Of a stretch of DNA of 64,000 bases, positions 61,901 through 64,000 are shown piece after piece (within the stretch, counting starts at the first letter, position 1; each line of letters opens with the position of its first letter). The position numbers were made by a program, and so were the translations under genes. The DNA comes from Enoplolaimus lenunculus. Lineage: Eukaryota. The notes below the pieces were generated by a model that was not told the DNA's origin, searched no databases, and was given only the letters and a program-made list of their open reading frames with translations. Location of the stretch: assembly GCA_030248215.1 (NCBI GenBank), contig JASANG010004131.1, positions 124,001-188,000 of the forward strand, in the 5' to 3' direction.

Positions 61901-63820
61901 CGGATCAAGTTCTTGTCTCGGTTAGTTTCGAACCGTATCCGAAAGCGATTTTATTTCCCTTACGCTATAACCAGACGTTGTGTTGTATTTCAAATCATTA
62001 AAAATTTAGACTGTGGCTAAACGTAACTGAAGCATTGAGCGCTCAGGATCAGTATAAAGCAACTGAGGAAAAGACAGTTTTGGAAGAAGCTCAACGACAA
62101 CAAGCGCGTGCGCTCAAGTCTCAGGGCAAAGAGCACGTTCCGGCATTTTTTGAACTGGACGAAACGAACGTGCGGTGGCTGTACAAGTATGCAGAGTGAG
62201 TTATACTTTTCTGCGCTTTTATAAAAGATGATGGTTTTGAAATATGGTATTCATTGTGTGTCGCATATGGTTTACTGGTTATTTCGATTCTACTGCTTGT
62301 GAAAGTGATGGTGGTATTATGCTAAAAATGGGTATACGGTTAAAGTTCCTTTCCAACAAAATAATGTCTACTTTCTCTGCCAAATTTGATTCCCCAGTGA
62401 TCGATTATGCAACAAGAAAAATGGAATTGCAAGAAAAGGTGTTGGAATTTGTTAAACAACAGTAACTACTCGATCGTCAAATGTGTAGTCTTGAATAACA
62501 AAAGTTTCTATTGAAAAAGATACCCAACAAACCCCAATCACCATTCGAGCAGATTTAAATGAAGGTAAAAAATACGTCTTTTAAAAGGAAGGTTTATATC
62601 CGCTAAATTAGGTTTACGAAGCTGTTCGAAATTTAATGCTTTCAATTTTAGCTATCGCCCTTGGGATCCTTCGAACGACGTGATTCAATACGAACATGAC
62701 CTAGTTGTCGAAACAAAAGTACGGCGCAAAGCTCCGCCTGTTCGCAGTAACAGTATTATGTCAGGCGCAGATGAATGTGTCGGCGTTGCAGGTGGTGGTG
62801 GTGTTTCCGCAAGTGGAAGCATCAGTACTGGGCAACGCAGCTCTAGTGGTGCCGGTGTTATTGCGGCGGGAGGCAATGCACGACGCCGCGATTCTCGAAC
62901 AACTGGAGGCGGCAATAGTTGTTCTGAAGATGATGATGAAGATGGGGAGAGCATGGTTGATGGACGCAGAGTTGACTTGAATGAAGGCGGGTCGTCGTCG
63001 GCGTCGCAAGAACAACGTGAGTTGAAGTTGTGGTTTATATCTGGTACGGTTGCTGTTTTAATGGCTACCGGGCGGCGTTACCTTGTCTAGTATTTAAAAG
63101 TTTTGTGGTTGCGCGGTACTTGCAGCGCGGTGCCGCGCACGAGACTTTTGCGCTGCACACAAGGTAGAACATATTCCTTAGCCTGAGTCTGCAGTCTGTT
63201 TCAAGAAACGGGTATCTGTTTTTGCTCCAGGAACTTATAGTCACGTGAAACTTTTGGAACCGTAAGTAAAACTGATTTTTAATCTTTGTTGAGCTAGAAC
63301 CGCTTCTCTCCGGGCCGCATAGGCTTAGATTCATGAAAAGGCTTTTGTATAGATAAACTTAAGAATAGATCTTAACTAAAACGTCCAATTAAAACAAGAG
63401 CCAATATTTCTTATTTTAGTCTACAAAACTGGCAATCAGCAGTCACATCAAGTGTCACGATTTAGTGCTGGCAGTAATCGATCCAGAGCTAGTACAGGGG
63501 AATGGCATCGAGATTCGACAAGCAACGATGTCACCTTTGCTAACCGTATTCAACATCAAAGACAACAACCGCCGTCTGCAGACATGAGCCATGTTTTGAG
63601 TTCAATTCAAAAATCGGTCAACGATACTGTTGAACGGGTCAGTCAGATTCAAGCTGAATTGAGTTTGACTGGAATGTCAAGAGGAAAACGAAGAGCGGTG
63701 TTCAAAGATGGAGCAGTTGTGCTGACGTTGCCTGCGTTGGCGCTAGTCATTGCCGTTTTTATCGCAGTTCAAGCCGTGTTGATTGCGTTGTATCGCCGCC
63801 GGTATGGTACGATGGGGTAG
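52885..63820 (+). CDS. OSBPL8: Oxysterol-binding protein-related protein 5/8-like (PH + ORD + C-terminal TM), ~1013 aa, at least 18 coding exons
   Basis: Exons 52885-52917, 53220-53411, 54096-54218, 54603-54687, 55476-55841, 56929-57219, 57608-57720, 57935-58006, 58369-58481, 58689-58770, 59177-59275, 59526-59622, 60673-60869, 61117-61242, 61559-61659, 62010-62195, 62652-63016 and 63420-63820 join in phase. Motifs: PH ([31 protein letters not shown]), [41 protein letters not shown]-terminal TM. The true start may lie further upstream (e.g. an exon at ~52391). Confidence 0.95.
53220..53411 (+). CDS. OSBPL8: OSBPL8-like exon, start of PH domain
   Basis: [18 protein letters not shown]...MADWLKLR...; ttcag / gtaagt. 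Confidence 0.95.
54096..54218 (+). CDS. OSBPL8: OSBPL8-like exon, PH domain
   Basis: [41 protein letters not shown]. Confidence 0.95.
54603..54687 (+). CDS. OSBPL8: OSBPL8-like exon, PH domain
   Basis: [28 protein letters not shown]. Confidence 0.93.
55476..55841 (+). CDS. OSBPL8: OSBPL8-like exon, end of PH domain plus Gly-rich linker
   Basis: [14 protein letters not shown]...; tatag / gtaagg. Confidence 0.92.
56929..57219 (+). CDS. OSBPL8: OSBPL8-like exon, S/G/D-rich linker
   Basis: cttcag / gtaaat; phase 1 at both ends. Confidence 0.85.
57608..57720 (+). CDS. OSBPL8: OSBPL8-like exon
   Basis: [11 protein letters not shown]...EVFGE; ttttag / gtcagt. Confidence 0.88.
57756..57794. repeat. 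Imperfect (ATT)n microsatellite
   Basis: Read directly from the sequence. Confidence 0.85.
57935..58006 (+). CDS. OSBPL8: OSBPL8-like exon, start of ORD
   Basis: [19 protein letters not shown]. Confidence 0.93.
58369..58481 (+). CDS. OSBPL8: OSBPL8-like exon, ORD
   Basis: [34 protein letters not shown]. Confidence 0.95.
58689..58770 (+). CDS. OSBPL8: OSBPL8-like exon, ORD
   Basis: [27 protein letters not shown]. Confidence 0.95.
59177..59275 (+). CDS. OSBPL8: OSBPL8-like exon, ORD
   Basis: [16 protein letters not shown]...FYVAEQ. Confidence 0.95.
59526..59622 (+). CDS. OSBPL8: OSBPL8-like exon, ORD signature
   Basis: [16 protein letters not shown]...KSKFY. Confidence 0.95.
59711..60128. 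mobile_element. hAT-type MITE (same family) in OSBPL8 intron
   Basis: Degenerate TIRs; TSD gtctagta. Confidence 0.85.
60673..60869 (+). CDS. OSBPL8: OSBPL8-like exon, ORD
   Basis: [10 protein letters not shown]...[20 protein letters not shown]...EFKLK; GAG acceptor. Confidence 0.92.
61117..61242 (+). CDS. OSBPL8: OSBPL8-like exon, ORD
   Basis: [17 protein letters not shown]...EGHWD; AAG acceptor. Confidence 0.92.
61559..61659 (+). CDS. OSBPL8: OSBPL8-like exon, ORD
   Basis: TTEVLWEPT...QKPTESQ. Confidence 0.9.
62010..62195 (+). CDS. OSBPL8: OSBPL8-like exon, end of ORD
   Basis: LWLNVTEAL...[13 protein letters not shown]...WLYKYA. Confidence 0.93.
62652..63016 (+). CDS. OSBPL8: OSBPL8-like exon
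   Basis: [16 protein letters not shown] followed by a Gly/Ser-rich stretch; ttttag / gtgagt. Confidence 0.9.
63420..63820 (+). CDS. OSBPL8: OSBPL8-like terminal exon with TM anchor
   Basis: ...[35 protein letters not shown]. Confidence 0.9.
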
Positions 63821-64000
63821 CACCGGTGAACAGAGCTAGTCGATAAATTGATCTGATTATGCTGATTGCAACGCAAATATGAGCTTTTTATTTTTGTGGG
63901 AAGACTCAGGGTAGCGCCATACTTTTTGACCGTTTTAGAATTGTCATGTGGGACCGTATCATATGTAAAAAAATTTTTTACTTGCTGCGTCATGCGGCAC

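Overview
AT-rich, intron-rich animal genomic DNA, not prokaryotic. Interspersed (TTAGGC)n tracts and short TTTTAG/TTTCAG acceptors suggest a nematode (inference only). I reconstructed three conserved genes by hand from splice sites, exon phase and remembered homology. (1) A 58-aa ATP synthase subunit k (ATP5MK/DAPIT/USMG5) on + at 2189-2608, missed by the ORF track. (2) A 14-exon, ~1106-aa SRRM1/SRm160-like PWI-domain splicing factor on - at 6431-25855. (3) An 18-exon, ~1013-aa ORP5/ORP8-type lipid-transfer protein (PH + ORD + C-terminal TM) on + at 52885-63820. An orphan single-pass membrane ORF lies at 31997-32431 (-). Introns and intergenic DNA are dense with non-autonomous DNA transposons: hAT-type MITEs with perfect 8-bp TSDs (often nested), TA-flanked and CACTG foldback MITEs, Helentron/DINE-like elements and TIR elements carrying TTAGGC arrays. 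tRNA-derived SINE heads and a LINE 3' fragment are also present. The best leads are candidate poison exons in the SRRM1 gene, a frame-shifting cassette exon in ATP5MK, a decayed Kelch-like gene nested in an SRRM1 intron, telomere-repeat-carrying MITEs and non-YAG splice acceptors. I could not establish a wholly new biological system. All exon calls are manual and not checked against transcripts or databases.
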